From Rhizophagus irregularis (Eukaryota), in NCBI RefSeq assembly GCF_026210795.1, contig NC_089429.1, forward strand, positions 6,386,001-6,450,000: a stretch of DNA of 64,000 nucleotides, read 5' to 3'. How positions within the stretch are numbered: position 1 is the first letter of the stretch; every line of letters starts with the position of its first letter. This document shows, piece after piece, positions 14,628 to 26,573 of the stretch. A program made the position numbers and the translations under genes. The notes beneath the pieces are model-generated. The model ran no database searches. It saw only the letters and a program-made list of their open reading frames with translations, and was not told the origin of the DNA.

Positions 14628-15920
14628 TTACCTGAATTGACAGGTTGAAATTATAGAAAAGATTTTTCAACATTGCATTCATGTATTTTATTTTTGCAAA
14701 TAGATTATGGTGTCATTTAGCCATCCCATTATGAGAAGATTCATTTTCTGCTCTTACCCAACATTATCATTGTATTGAAACTTATTTATGCTTTTTAAAT
14801 GAAGATGGTAAAGCAAAGTTTAATGAATATAGAATTAATGATAACTTATTACTTTCAAATACATTACTCAATTATCCTAGCTTTATTATTAAATATTAAT
14901 GCAAGTAAAATTTGTTTTTCTGTTGAATATTGGATTGGCACTTTAGTGGATAAATATAATGATAAACTTTAGTTCATATGCTATTATTTGAAGTATTTAT
15001 TAAAATGAAGGAAATTTACATTCTTTAAAGTTATTTATAATGTTATTGAATATTTTAATAATATGGACTTGATTTACAAATCCAAATCTATCACACAATA
15101 TCGGAATTTAAATTTAAATATTTGTGCTATTTCATCTCAAAATATTACTTCACTTTTGAAATTATTATGTTCTAATTGCAATTCAATCTCATCAATTGAT
15201 TTTGATTTTTTTAGATATAATATCAAATAAACATTCGTTAATTGAAAAATATTACAAATCATTTGGATCTTTTCATAGTATAATATATAACCCATTTTTA
15301 TAATTAAAAAATTCTAATTTTTCCAATACTTTAAATTCTAATATGCTTTATTTAATTGATTTTACAAATATGGATCAATTGAATGTTTTAGAACTTATTC
15401 TCATTCCCTATATTTAATTTTGTTCAACAAATTATTAATGTTATTAAACCTTTTAAATTGAAATCTTTGTTTATGGGTAAGGTAATACATATTAAATCAT
15501 TGGGTATTGCTATTACAGAAATTTAGAAAATTTTGATTTGGATTTATGAGTGATGAATATGATAATAAACCAAAACAACAATTATTAATAATTTGATTTG
15601 GGTGTACTTGTCATTTATTCATTGAAAATAACATTAATTATCTTACTATTGGAGTGGATTTTAACGAGCAGCCTTTAAATAGATTATTCCTATATATTTA
15701 TAGTTTTGAAGAAATTACAATTAACTTGGATTTGAATTTCGATCAGAAATAAACTTCGAAAGAGTCAATACTTGAAGGTATTGATTTTCAACAAATTAAT
15801 TTATCATTTTACCAGATTAGAACATCCAGAACATCTTGAATTTTTACATTGTAAAGGATTTGATAATTGCATAGTATTATCCAAGAGTAAATTATATCTT
15901 GAAGAGTTTAAGCTATGGTA
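14628..15920 (+). pseudogene. F-box/RNI-like LRR pseudogene
   Basis: Broken-frame LPELT..KDFSTLHSCIL..NRLWCHLAIPL*EDSF F-box start; TLLNYPSF motif; LRR-like tail LEHLEFLHCKGFD..LYLEEFKLW. Many stops and frameshifts. Confidence 0.75.
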
Positions 15921-16565
15921 TTACAGAACTTGGAGAAAAATTTCATCTTGTTAGATGGGATTATCGAGGAACTGGACGAAGTGATGTCAAAGCGTACTCA
16001 CTTGAATTGAGTAGTCAAGATCTTCACGCCGTAATAACAAAAATTAAAACAGATAAACCAAATAAAAAAATAATTACAGTTGGATATATTTAAACTTTAT
16101 AGAAGCAAGTTTAAATAGTGAGGAACTTGTAAAATATTTCATCGCTTGATCCAGATTATGAATTTTCAACAATTTCTCATGGATTATCGAATTTTAGCAT
16201 CACAACGTCTGATCAATTTCGTGCTTTAAAGCTTGGTATTGTACCACTTGGATATCGAAAATTTGAAGTTAAACGTGAGTATTAATTAAAAAATCTTTTT
16301 TTTAAAAAAAAATCATTATTATATACAACTAATTAAGAAAATTTTATTTAACTATAGCATTTGATTTTGAAGATTTTTTTAGTTCTTTAGATATTCCAAC
16401 ATTAAATTTTATCGGGGAGAAAGATAATTTAATTACGCTTGATCATAGTTTATAATTTGCAAATCTTGCTAAAAATGGGAAAAAAGATCGTTTATAAAGA
16501 TTATTGGACATTCACCACCATGGGAACACTAAATCAGTTGTCACAGAATTTGTGTCCAATATTTA
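15920..16565 (+). pseudogene. Alpha/beta-hydrolase pseudogene fragment
   Basis: FHLVRWDYRGTGRSD motif; later LDIPTLNFIGEKDNLITL and a frameshifted GHSPPWE; intron-like GT..AG at ~16276-16357. The nucleophile GxSxG expected after IITVG is absent. Confidence 0.75.
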
Positions 16566-17662
16566 ATATTTTTTTCTTTTTTAAAAAAATTTCTTTGTAT
16601 TAATATTTCATATACGATAACCAATTTATGAACAAGTTGACCGAATTCTTTTTAACTAAAAGTCTTCATTAATAAATAATAAAGAAATTAATTAGTCTCT
16701 AAAAAAAGTGCAAAAATCCTGAAATTGACCAAAAGTCACGTTGAGTCGTGGAGGTATGAATTAGAAGATTTAAAATAGAAGAAATTAAAATTTTATTTAG
16801 ATGAGAAACCGAAAATAACGAAATTAATGATTTAAAATGAATATTAATGAATTTTATAATCATGATACTGGCTTTAAAACTTGGAGAGTTTTTTTAATAA
16901 AAAATTTTATAAGGATATACATATTATTAATTGTTACATTGATTTATAGGTTGATTTTATAAGAATTGTTTATTTGTGAAATTGGGCTTAGTTATAAATG
17001 ACACATCGACTAATTTTGGTATATTTATTATGTTCAAGTAAGTGTTCAACATGCAAATATATTTCCAAAATTGACTGTTTACAAATTATTTAGTATATTT
17101 ATAATATTTAAATTAAAAAAAAAAGGGTTTCTTTACTATTTTTTGATTATGTAATATAATTCATTAGGTAGCGATGGTAGCATACTATTTTGCAAATAGG
17201 AATTAAAGAACAAAAATGCAATTAGCTGAAGTCAAACAGTAAATCATAGAATTAGAAAATACAAGGCTATGCAAAGAATTAGAAATTAGTTTTTGACTTA
17301 ATAAATAAAATTGTTGTATTTAAAATACTATTTGTATTTTGTTATTATTATTCGCCATGGTATTGTTATTTATTTGTATGCTAAAATTCATACATGTATG
17401 ATTTCTTATAAGTCTGTATGAAAACCATACAGTGCATACATAAAAAACGGGTTTAAGTAACTCGGTACGGGTTGATCAATTCCAAAAATTCCGTACCGTA
17501 CTCGTCCTATGATACATACTAATGTATTATTGAGCCACAGTTGATAAAATGCTTTTTTTTTTCATGTGATATCCAAATAACTATTATATTAAATGGATTT
17601 TAATGTCCAAATATTAAATGGACACTGATATTCAAATATTAAATTGACATTGCTGTCCAAAT

Positions 17663-19120
17663 CCCTATAAAAAAATTGGATACGTTTTTTATAAAGTTTT
17701 TATACGATTTTTTTTCCTTAGAAATAACATCATAATAGGATACGGAAAAATGCACAATTCCGTATCACCAAAAATATGGTTTGGATACGGAATTTGCACG
17801 GGATTTATATGGAATTTACATGATTTGATCACTGATTTTATCACGAAATTTATACGATTTGGTCACTGAATTTACTATTTGTATTACAGTTTACTATAAT
17901 TGTATTTACATAAATCTAATTTCACTTTATTAAATTAAATAAAAAATAAAAAATAAACAAAGTACAAATACATTATGAAAATTCCCTCTTTATTAAAACC
18001 ACCTATTGCAACCTAAATTATCTATAAGTTCAGGTTCATTTGTAGTCAAACAACCTAAAAGAACAAAAAAAAAAGATTGGAAACAAAACCCCCATCTGCA
18101 ATCGTCCAAGTCACCAAAGGTCAGCATTCCTAAGAAAAAAGAAAGAGAACTCCAGAATGTCTGACCTACATAAAAGAAAAGAATTATGAGGCGTCTAATG
18201 AAAAAGAAACCAAAACAACAAAATAAATCCAAAACTGACCTACAAAAAAAAAAGACTCTGAAGCAACAAAACTGAAACAACCTACAAAAAGAAAAGAATC
18301 TGAACCCAACATACAAAAAAACAAAAAAATTTGAACTGACCTAAAAAAAGAGGACTCCCAAACTGATCTACAAAAAAAAAAAAAAGAAACTGAATATTCT
18401 CACAAAAAAAATCTGCTGGCCTATGAAATTAAATATAAATAAAGAAGAAAGGGGAATAAAGAATAAACCAAAAAAAAAATTTTTTTAAAAAGAGGGATAA
18501 CGAAGTTAGGAAAGTTAAAAAAAAAATTTTTTTTTAAAGGGAGGACGTCAAAGTTAGAAAAATAAAAATTTTTTTATAAAGAGGAAATAGAAATAGAAAG
18601 AAGAAATTTTTTTTAAAAAAAAAGAAGAGTGGGAAATAAAAGAAAAAATTTTTTTTTAAGGGAGTGATGAAAAAAAATTTTTTTTCAAAGGAGAGTGACG
18701 AAAAAAAAATTTTTTAAAGTGAGGTACGAAAAAAAAAATTATTTTTAAAAGGGGTGACGAAGAAAGAAGAAAAATTTAGAAAAAATAACAAAAATAAGAC
18801 AAGAGAAAGAGAAAGGAAAGGAAAGACAGAAAGGAAGATCGGAAGATCAAACTCATCAAAGTAAGGGTTTATATAAAAAACAAAAAACGTATCATAACAA
18901 AACAATAAACAATCATGTGATCTCATGTTATGATACGGAATTTTTGTAAAATTATCTTCTAAAAATATTAAGTTTAAAAATTCCGTATACATTCCGCATG
19001 ATTAATTTTTTCCGTATACATTTCTTATACATTAGTTTTTTAAAAAAATGTTCTAAAATGAATTACTTATTAAATATACGGAATTTGTATACGGAATCTA
19101 TAGAAACGTACATAAAATGT
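17663..19120. mobile_element. Non-autonomous CACTA-like element, right terminus not found
   Basis: Starts CCCTATAAAAAAA. Clustered ATACGGAA/TTCCGTAT subterminal motifs at 17740-17795 and 18930-19100 surround a low-complexity A-rich tandem interior. Confidence 0.5.
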
Positions 19121-20320
19121 ATGTCATTTGGTGGCTATTTGTCATATAAAAAAAAAATCAACCGTACTGTAGTGTACTGGCTCTATAATATATATAGTAT
19201 ATATAGGACAATCTAATGATATTATTGATTTCGGAGCGCAGTATTATATTTAATAGATGTATAAAATTTTTATAATGTTTCAAATTTACTGTTGGTCCGA
19301 AATGACCTTAAACTATTAGGCGATTTAATTATATTGGGCTACTGCGGTTCAAAATGACGTAAAAATATCATTAATTTTATTGGGTAATTAAAATCATATG
19401 AACAGGGATTGACGTAAACTGCGGGTCAATTATGAAATTAAAAAATATGAAGAAAAAAATATATTTTTAAGAAAAACCTGTAAAATTGAGGCTCCAAACC
19501 GTTCATATGAAAGAAAAAAATCATTTTTGTAAGACGGTCTTTGGTTCGGTCCTACTGCGCCACAAATGAGCAAGGACCGCGGTCCAGTCCTACAAAGACT
19601 GGGACCGGCTTAGATCAGACCGAGTAGAACTGAGTAGGACCATTACCCATCTTTATTTGATCTTGGGAAAGATATACTTTTATCTATCAATAAATAAAAC
19701 CTCTTTCTGCATGCCAATGATTTAATAAATCATACACCCTACACCGTACAGATTTGCAAATTTAAACTACTGAATAACCTCATGTATGACATGACGAAAT
19801 TTCACTACTACACATGATGCTAAAAAAGGAATTTGCACAAATAGTACAACGAAACTCCTCAAAAAAATTTAACACAAGGTTCACAATATAAATTTTATTT
19901 TTTTATTCGGGAAGATTTTCAATTTTAGGCAATGTCTCAATGTTGACTTTTTTGTAGCATAAATGAATATTGTTTTTTTTCTAAATATGTTATTCAAGAA
20001 TTCAATATTATTTTAACTGTTAAGAAAAGCTCAGAAAGGCAATTTATTGTTTTGCAATTTCAATGTATAGTAATGATTATCAATGACTGTGTAAATATAA
20101 ATTTCTAAAAATAACCACCTGAAACAGATGATTTTCATTATATTACGCAATAGTATTCAAAAATATTGTACGATATACGGTTAACAAATATATATATATA
20201 ATAATTTAAAAATTTACTTAGTATTATTCTGCTATAAAAAATGTATAATATTATGTAAGAATTTCTATCAACTTTTTTGTTCATTATAAATATAAGAACT
20301 TTTGAGATTTTTTATGTTCA

Positions 20321-20450
20321 ATTTTTGAACCCACTCTATATACAAGCATTATAAAGTTTTTTTTAAAAAAAATTTTCAGGAAATTTTGAACCCACTCTAT
20401 ATACAAACATTATAAAGTTTTTTTTAAAAAAAAATTTCAGGAAATCTCTA
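20321..20450 (+). repeat. Tandem ~61-bp duplication just upstream of the 7TM gene ATG
   Basis: TTTTGAACCCACTCTATATACAA.CATTATAAAGTTTTTTTTAAAAAAAA..TTTCAGGAAA occurs twice, plus a partial third copy. Confidence 0.85.
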
Positions 20451-20465
20451 TACAAAATATACAAA

Positions 20466-21695
20466 ATGAACTTTATTCAGATTCAATCATATGTAGGATT
20501 TTGGTCAGGTGCAATTATCATGGTAAAATCTTTTATTTGATATATATCAATTAAAAAGTATTTCTTTAAAGTATTAAAATTTTATTTTTTTTTATAGATA
20601 TCTTTTCATAATTTGTTCATTTCGGCAATGATGTACAAAGCCCGTCAGACAAATACTTCGAATATACTAAAAATTATTTTCAATTTTGCTCAAATTGTGC
20701 GTTCGGGAGCAAATTTCGGTCTTTATATGACACCAAAAATAGCTACATACACTCAATGTGATGCTCTTCTAAAAACTATAATAGTTGGAAATATTTTAAT
20801 GAGATTATCATTATCGGCGTTCTTGATATGGCGTTTAAGACAAATGCGTAATTATGGGTCAGATAAATGGATAAGTATTATATTATTTTCAATTAAAGTT
20901 GCACTTTCGGTAAGTTTTTTTATTAATAATTTATAAAAACAAAAAAAAAAGTTAATAATCCAATATTATTTTCAGATTCCATATTTTATTTTTCAACGGG
21001 CATCTACCGAATACGTTCCTGATGTTGATTTAGTTGGTTGTTTTGTTGACTCTTTTACTCCTATACCTTATGGCGCTGGTGGAATTGCCGTGGAATTTCT
21101 TATCGATATATTTGTAACCTTTCGCTTAGTTCAAATATTAGTCAACGCTAATAAGAACGCTGCTCAAGTTTCAACAAATATTAAAAGCAAACGATCGTTA
21201 TTCACAGCCGTTATGTATTGGAATTTCTTACGACTATTCGTATCTTTTATCTTTCATTATCTAGCTATTTTGGACATGATATACGTTCTGCCCGAAGTAG
21301 AATCAATTACTATAAAAAACATAGTATATATTGCATTATCTTATGTAATTACTGCTAATGTTGAGATTGTACGAGTCATTGAGAGAAAAGATAAAAAAAA
21401 AGGATTAAGTAGTGGTTCTAGTGGTTCAGTAGGAACCGAGAAACCACTCAGTTCAACTCACAGTCAAATTGAAAATGACAAAATAGCAATTGCGTCAATA
21501 AAAATATTGTCGTTCAATGAGTGGGCAAAAGCTGTAGTAGGGAAACGTCTTCGCAGAAATGATGATGGAGAAGAAGAATATGAAGAAGTTAACGAATATG
21601 ATTATGAGGATATGGAAGAAATAATAGATGATACTCCAAAATCATCTAAAGAAAATAATCTAGAAAAAGATCTTTCGCAAGATCGAAGTAAGTAA
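20466..21695 (+). CDS. Seven-transmembrane GPCR-like protein, 362 aa, 3 exons (20466-20522, 20598-20909, 20976-21695)
   Basis: Two phase-0 GT-AG introns (20523-20597, 20910-20975) join the ORF-track pieces into one open frame. Seven hydrophobic segments, Cys at the top of TM3 (TQCD) and in the TM4-TM5 loop (VGCF), and a Ser-rich/acidic C-tail. Confidence 0.85.
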
Positions 21696-22684
21696 TTTAG
21701 TGGCACAACTTCAGTGACGGAAATGTCAAAATTCAGACATTATTATTCATTAGTTTGTAATTTTACAACTCATAATTTCATGGCACGAAAAAATTTTTTT
21801 TAAACATATTTTTAAATCTATTTTTCATTTTATTACTATGTTCTCCTTACAAAATGTATATTATTATTAATTAATTTACTCTTTTCCGCATTTATTTATT
21901 CATTGGCTATATAGTAAATTAGTAATTATGCTTATGATAATCTTCGCAGAATGAATAATTTTACCTTGAATTTGCTAATTTTGTTCCTGGAAAATCAACA
22001 AATTTTAAAGTATTTAATATAACATAAGAATTCACATGTAACAAGGAATAGTCACAAATTTAAATTATATATATTAAGAAAACGTTGTTATTATAATGAA
22101 TTTATTTTTAAGTACTAAATTAAATTTTCTTGTAAATATTACTTTAATTTGCTATAATTCTAAAGTTAAAAGAAGTAGCCTTAACAATTATTGAATAAAA
22201 ATATAGATATCATATGCTTTTTTTAAAAAAAAAATTTAGAAATTACAATATTTTGAAACTTCAATCCTAATTTTGATTTTTGCTAATTTAATGTTTATAT
22301 ATTTGTATACAATATTAAAAAATTTATTTTTTACCAATCTGAAAGTCTTCAAAGTACTGTATTTGTTTATTTGATCAAGTTTAAGCTTTTTTAAAAATTA
22401 TTAAATTAAATTTAAACTACTGCTAGTTGTATAAAAAAATATATCTTTATAGTATATGTTGTGCCCCAGGCGTCAGTGTTGTCTTAAGGCTTGAATTAAC
22501 GTTCGTTGAAAGTGTTGTTAGATTTTTACAATGACTGTTAATGCTTGTTGTTTTTGATTTTCCAATTTTTACCCGAATATTTTATAAATTCCAAGAAAAT
22601 GATACATTCACGGGAAAAAACAGGTCCTTTATATAAATATATAAATCTTCGCTAAATATACAAAAAAATGTCAGGCGCAAGATA

Positions 22685-22766
22685 ATTATGTAGATCTTGC
22701 CTTTTATGGATAATTTCCGGTCAAATTTTTGTTGATACTGACTGACATTATCTTAATTCCGGCCCC
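22685..22766 (-). repeat. Dispersed repeat family 'GGGCCGAAATTAT', reverse copy
   Basis: Reverse complement reads GGGGCCGGAATTAAGATAATGTCAGTCAG...AAATTATCCATAAAAGGCAAGATCTAC, matching 8673 and 34635. Confidence 0.65.
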
Positions 22767-22804
22767 GAAAACTCCTAAATGAAAAAAAAGTCGGGAGTAT
22801 TGCT

Positions 22805-22875
22805 AATATCTCACCGCTGGTGATTGTCACATTACCAGAATTAGGGTAGAATTTTGGGAAGAATTAAAAATGTCA
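22805..22875 (+). repeat. ~70-bp dispersed repeat shared with 50522-50592
   Basis: AATATC...GCTGGTGATTGTCA...ACCAGAATTAGG.TAGAATTTTGGG.AGAATTAAAAATGTCA at both sites. Confidence 0.8.
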
Positions 22876-23141
22876 AATTTTATTTTGCTCGTTTATGCTG
22901 GTGAGGTTGTTAAACGATTAATTTAACCGTATCGAATTTTAAATAATATTCAATATAAACTATTCTTTTATTTTCATATTTTCTATTACATAAGAAAATA
23001 CAAAATGAAATAAAGTTCAAGTTATCCATATATGATATATTAATTTAAGATAATATTGATATACTAAAATAATAAAATAACAAGTAGGTAACTCACTTTT
23101 TCATAATAAAATAAAATAAAAAAATCTTTACAAAAAAAAAA

Positions 23142-24569
23142 TTATAAATAATCAAGTGGATTAATTCTAAGAACATTATCATCAACAAAATTTTGAATTA
23201 TACTTGAAAATTCTTCATTAAGACAATCATAATTTAAACCAAATTTAAAATAAAGCGAATAATTTCTTTCTTTCAAATCATTTAAAAATTCTTTCAATGG
23301 ATCAACTGAGAATTTCCATGAACCTTTCATTTCAATACGTTCCAATTTTTTTGAAGTTGATTTTGATAAAATTTTTAATATCACATCACCATTCAAAGAT
23401 TCATCAGAAGGGAATCCGCCATATATTTGTATATATTCTAATTGATTACAATGAACTAACAGATCTCCTAATGCATCATCGATTGTATCGACAAAAGGAA
23501 TGCATAAATGTTCTAGTTTTGGACAATTTTGATATATTGCTATAACGATTTGTATAATATCTTCTGTAATATTTTTCTTGGCAAATTGATTATGAATATC
23601 AATCGTTTTAAGATATCCGCTTGTATTTTGTATTAATTCTTTTACTTCTGTAAGATGACAAACTCTAAGTTTTAGAAGTTTTGGTAATTTAACTAAATGT
23701 AAACCATCCATAGTTTTCGTGGAATATCCTAACGTTAAAGTTTCTAAATTTACAAAAGAATATAAAATATTAAGAGGAATACATAATCGAGTTTTTCCAT
23801 GAATATGTTTAAGTGTGTTCTTATGTTTAATTAATGCTTGACCTATCACCTCACAAAAATTATCCCAATTTTGTCCTCTTTTTCCACCATAAGTGAAATA
23901 TTCTAATTTCTTCTGAACTTCAATTAATTTAATTAATCCTTGATTATTATTTTGATTATTACCCCTTAATTCAAGTTTTTTAATATTAACGCAAATTTCT
24001 GCCAAGTTATAAAAGATTCTTTCATCTATATATTGTGTACAAGTTAATTCAACAAGATTTGATAGATTATCTTTTAATTTCATAAAATTCACCATATCAT
24101 ATTTCTTATAACATAATTTATGAAAAATTCCAAGACGATTTAAATAAGAACATTTATCAAAAACCATATCGTAAAATTCTTTATCTATAATATTTTTCTG
24201 ATTTTGTGAAAGTGGCGATTCGAAACAATTTTTAATAACTTCTGTTACGTCAAATGTAATAATAGATTTACAATAGCTTATATAATTGAATAATGGTGTT
24301 TGTGTTTGTATAAATGATAAATTAATTTCATTCATAATAAGTAAATTTTTTGATTCTTCTGATAAAAATGAGAAAAGAATTTTAATGAGTGAAATATTTT
24401 TCTCATGAGATATTGGTTTTGAATTATGACTTAAACAATCCTTCCATAATATTGGTATAGTTAACTTACACCAAAGTTTATTCACTAAAAGACATCTGAA
24501 TAATGTATTATAATCATTATCCAGCTCTTTAATTATTAAAGCGAAAATGTCAGGAATGAGTTTAGACAT
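23142..24569 (-). CDS. F-box / RNI-like leucine-rich-repeat protein, 475 aa
   Basis: Uninterrupted ORF. N-terminal F-box-like MSKLIPDIFALIIKEL..TLFRCLLVNKLWCKLTIPILW, then PLFNYISYCK, LRR-like repeats (QNCPKLEHL) and a WKFS..LKEFL tail. Confidence 0.9.
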   Translation of the reverse strand: MSKLIPDIFALIIKELDNDYNTLFRCLLVNKLWCKLTIPILWKDCLSHNSKPISHEKNISLIKILFSFLSEESKNLLIMNEINLSFIQTQTPLFNYISYCKSIITFDVTEVIKNCFESPLSQNQKNIIDKEFYDMVFDKCSYLNRLGIFHKLCYKKYDMVNFMKLKDNLSNLVELTCTQYIDERIFYNLAEICVNIKKLELRGNNQNNNQGLIKLIEVQKKLEYFTYGGKRGQNWDNFCEVIGQALIKHKNTLKHIHGKTRLCIPLNILYSFVNLETLTLGYSTKTMDGLHLVKLPKLLKLRVCHLTEVKELIQNTSGYLKTIDIHNQFAKKNITEDIIQIVIAIYQNCPKLEHLCIPFVDTIDDALGDLLVHCNQLEYIQIYGGFPSDESLNGDVILKILSKSTSKKLERIEMKGSWKFSVDPLKEFLNDLKERNYSLYFKFGLNYDCLNEEFSSIIQNFVDDNVLRINPLDYL

Positions 24570-25089
24570 TATGATCGAAAAGAAACGTAAGTTTTGTTTG
24601 AGTTTAGGAAAAATACAATAACTATTATCTGTTTTATACTGTTTCTATATTGCCAAATTCGAAAACAAAAACGATAATTACAATAAAAACAAAAGCATAC
24701 TCAAGTTACACAAATATGTAAATTTGAAATACTTTTCAAAAACATTGTTTATTGTTATCAAAAATTGGAAGATCGTCAATTTTTATTCTCCGCAGTCACA
24801 ACTTCGCAGATCATACACCGATCAATTATTATTTGAAGCTATGTGACACATCAATCAAGCCGCCTACGTTAACTAAAATTGATCCTCCAGCCAAATCTAA
24901 ACTAATAAAATTAAGTAAGAATACTTATCGATCAGCCGCGCAGCACTACGCAAGTATTAGTATTATTACGCAATCGGCGTAACCTGAAAAAAAAAAATTG
25001 TCACGAAATGATAAATTGCGAGGTACAGTCTGTCTCGTGCGACAATTTCGAGTTTCTGGAAAATCCGTTAACAACTTAACATTGTTAAC

Positions 25090-25799
25090 AGGTTTATATC
25101 ACGTGATGAGTTTGAATCTGCGCCCGGCTCATTTTTTCAAGTTTCAGAGACAGTATCCTGGGAAACCGAAGACGCAGTTGATTCACACTGAATTTCTTCT
25201 CCCTATTTCTCTGTTTTATCTCTTCACTAACGCTCTTCTTATGCTGCTCAATCAAGAAAGTAATCATCTCCTCATCCTCAGTTGACTTGGTATTTGCGTT
25301 ATTGGGTGCGGAGAAGCCTTCGGGCATCACATCAACAGTTGACTTCGCTTCCTTAATATTCTGTGGTTTCTCATTCTTACATTGTTGGACTGGTCCTCGC
25401 TGCGCTCAGCTGCGTCTATTACGGAGTCTGGTCAACAGCCGATACGTCCTGTGGTTGCTCGTCCACCACCGAAGGGCCCTGCTCATTTTTTCGCTCATAA
25501 AAGTTATGGAGACAGTATTCGAGGGTGTCTCCTGAGCAGTTGATTCACGCTAAAGCTTTTCTCTGTGGAACTGGCGTTATTGGTTTTGGAATCCATTCAA
25601 GATACACACTTCGTGTCAACAGCTGATCCACTTTCGCGAGTCTGATCTCATGATCCTCAATTCAACTCTCTAGTTTATGCTTGAGCCTCGCATTCTCGTT
25701 TTTAAGCTCGGCAACCTTGGCCTCAAGTTCAGTGTTGTGCTGTCTCAAAAAAACCTCAAGCTCGGATGGGTTTGCTGTTCCACTATCACAAACAGACAT
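25090..25799 (-). pseudogene. Coiled-coil protein remnant (island gene 1)
   Basis: ATG at 25799 gives MSVCDSGTANPSELEVFLRQHNTELEAKVAELKNENARLKHKLES*IEDHEIRLAKVDQ. Continues via frameshifts to EMITFLIEQHKKSVSEEIKQRNREKK. Internal repeat GAGACAGTAT...GCAGTTGATTCAC at ~25147 and ~25510. Confidence 0.65.
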
Positions 25800-25881
25800 G
25801 ATTGATGGTGTTACATACGCGGCAAGAAATATTTTAGAAGAACGGCAAATGGAGACAAGTATTTTCGTGTAAACCGTAGCT

Positions 25882-26388
25882 ATGGAACGAATATTACCAA
25901 ACGATTTCGTTCTTAGTGCAGAATACGAGACTCTAGGGTTAATAGACGATGACGATGATGAATCCGTGTCAGATGATGATTACGTTAATGAAGAGGATGA
26001 TGACGGCGACGACGAAGTTTGGGATGGTGATGAAGTTGACTCTGATGATGATTACGACATTTCAGGTATCGGTGATGGACACGATTTCATGGTTTGTTAT
26101 AGTAGAGATGCTTGGGATAAACTTTCAAGGACACATCGTAATATCCTTCTTAGGTTCTTCACCCAGCGCCTTCCCAATTTATCTGAACAAGAAAAAAATG
26201 GATCGTTTCACGTCTTTTCTCAGTCAGAAGCATTCGGCGTATTAGAACACAATGCTCTATTGGACGCATTAACACATCCTGTGGAAGGTTTAGTTTTAGT
26301 CTTTTCAAATATGGTTAATTGTGAGACTTGCTTTATTAATACACGAAAAATAAATACGAAGGTTCGGGACTCTGCCCGCTATACATGA
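25882..26388 (+). CDS. Hypothetical protein with Asp/Glu-rich tract, 168 aa (island gene 2)
   Basis: Open intronless ORF. An in-frame upstream ATG (~25849, METSIFV*TVA) is separated by a single TAA, so the original start may be lost. Confidence 0.55.
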   Translation: MERILPNDFVLSAEYETLGLIDDDDDESVSDDDYVNEEDDDGDDEVWDGDEVDSDDDYDISGIGDGHDFMVCYSRDAWDKLSRTHRNILLRFFTQRLPNLSEQEKNGSFHVFSQSEAFGVLEHNALLDALTHPVEGLVLVFSNMVNCETCFINTRKINTKVRDSARYT

Positions 26389-26389
26389 C

Positions 26390-26573
26390 GTCTATGCTAA
26401 TATACACAATTTTTTTTCGAACGATATTCCTCTAACCTCGCCCCCTCTTCTTCACACCATTACGCAGCGTTGGACTTCTTGGACCAAGTCAAGAAAGTCA
26501 CGGTCATTAACTTCCTGAACCATCTGCTTGCGTGGCAGTAGCAGAAATAGAAGTAGAGGCAGTTTCGGACATA
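26390..26573 (-). pseudogene. Small frameshifted ORF remnant (island gene 3)
   Basis: MSETASTSISATA, then a shifted frame RKQMVQEVNDRDFLDLVQEVQRCVMV*RRGARLEEYRSKKNCVY. Confidence 0.4.

Noticed and set aside
17993..18992. Phe-rich ORFs 17993-18316 and 18714-18992
   Set aside because: Reverse-strand reading of poly-A low-complexity repeats.
23297..23545. Short antisense ORFs within the F-box genes (also 42765-42977)
   Set aside because: Shadow ORFs of long coding frames.
24998..25872. Plus-strand ORFs 24998-25285, 25287-25535, 25681-25872
   Set aside because: Antisense shadows of the minus-strand coiled-coil remnant; only the last few codons of the third may belong to the acidic gene.
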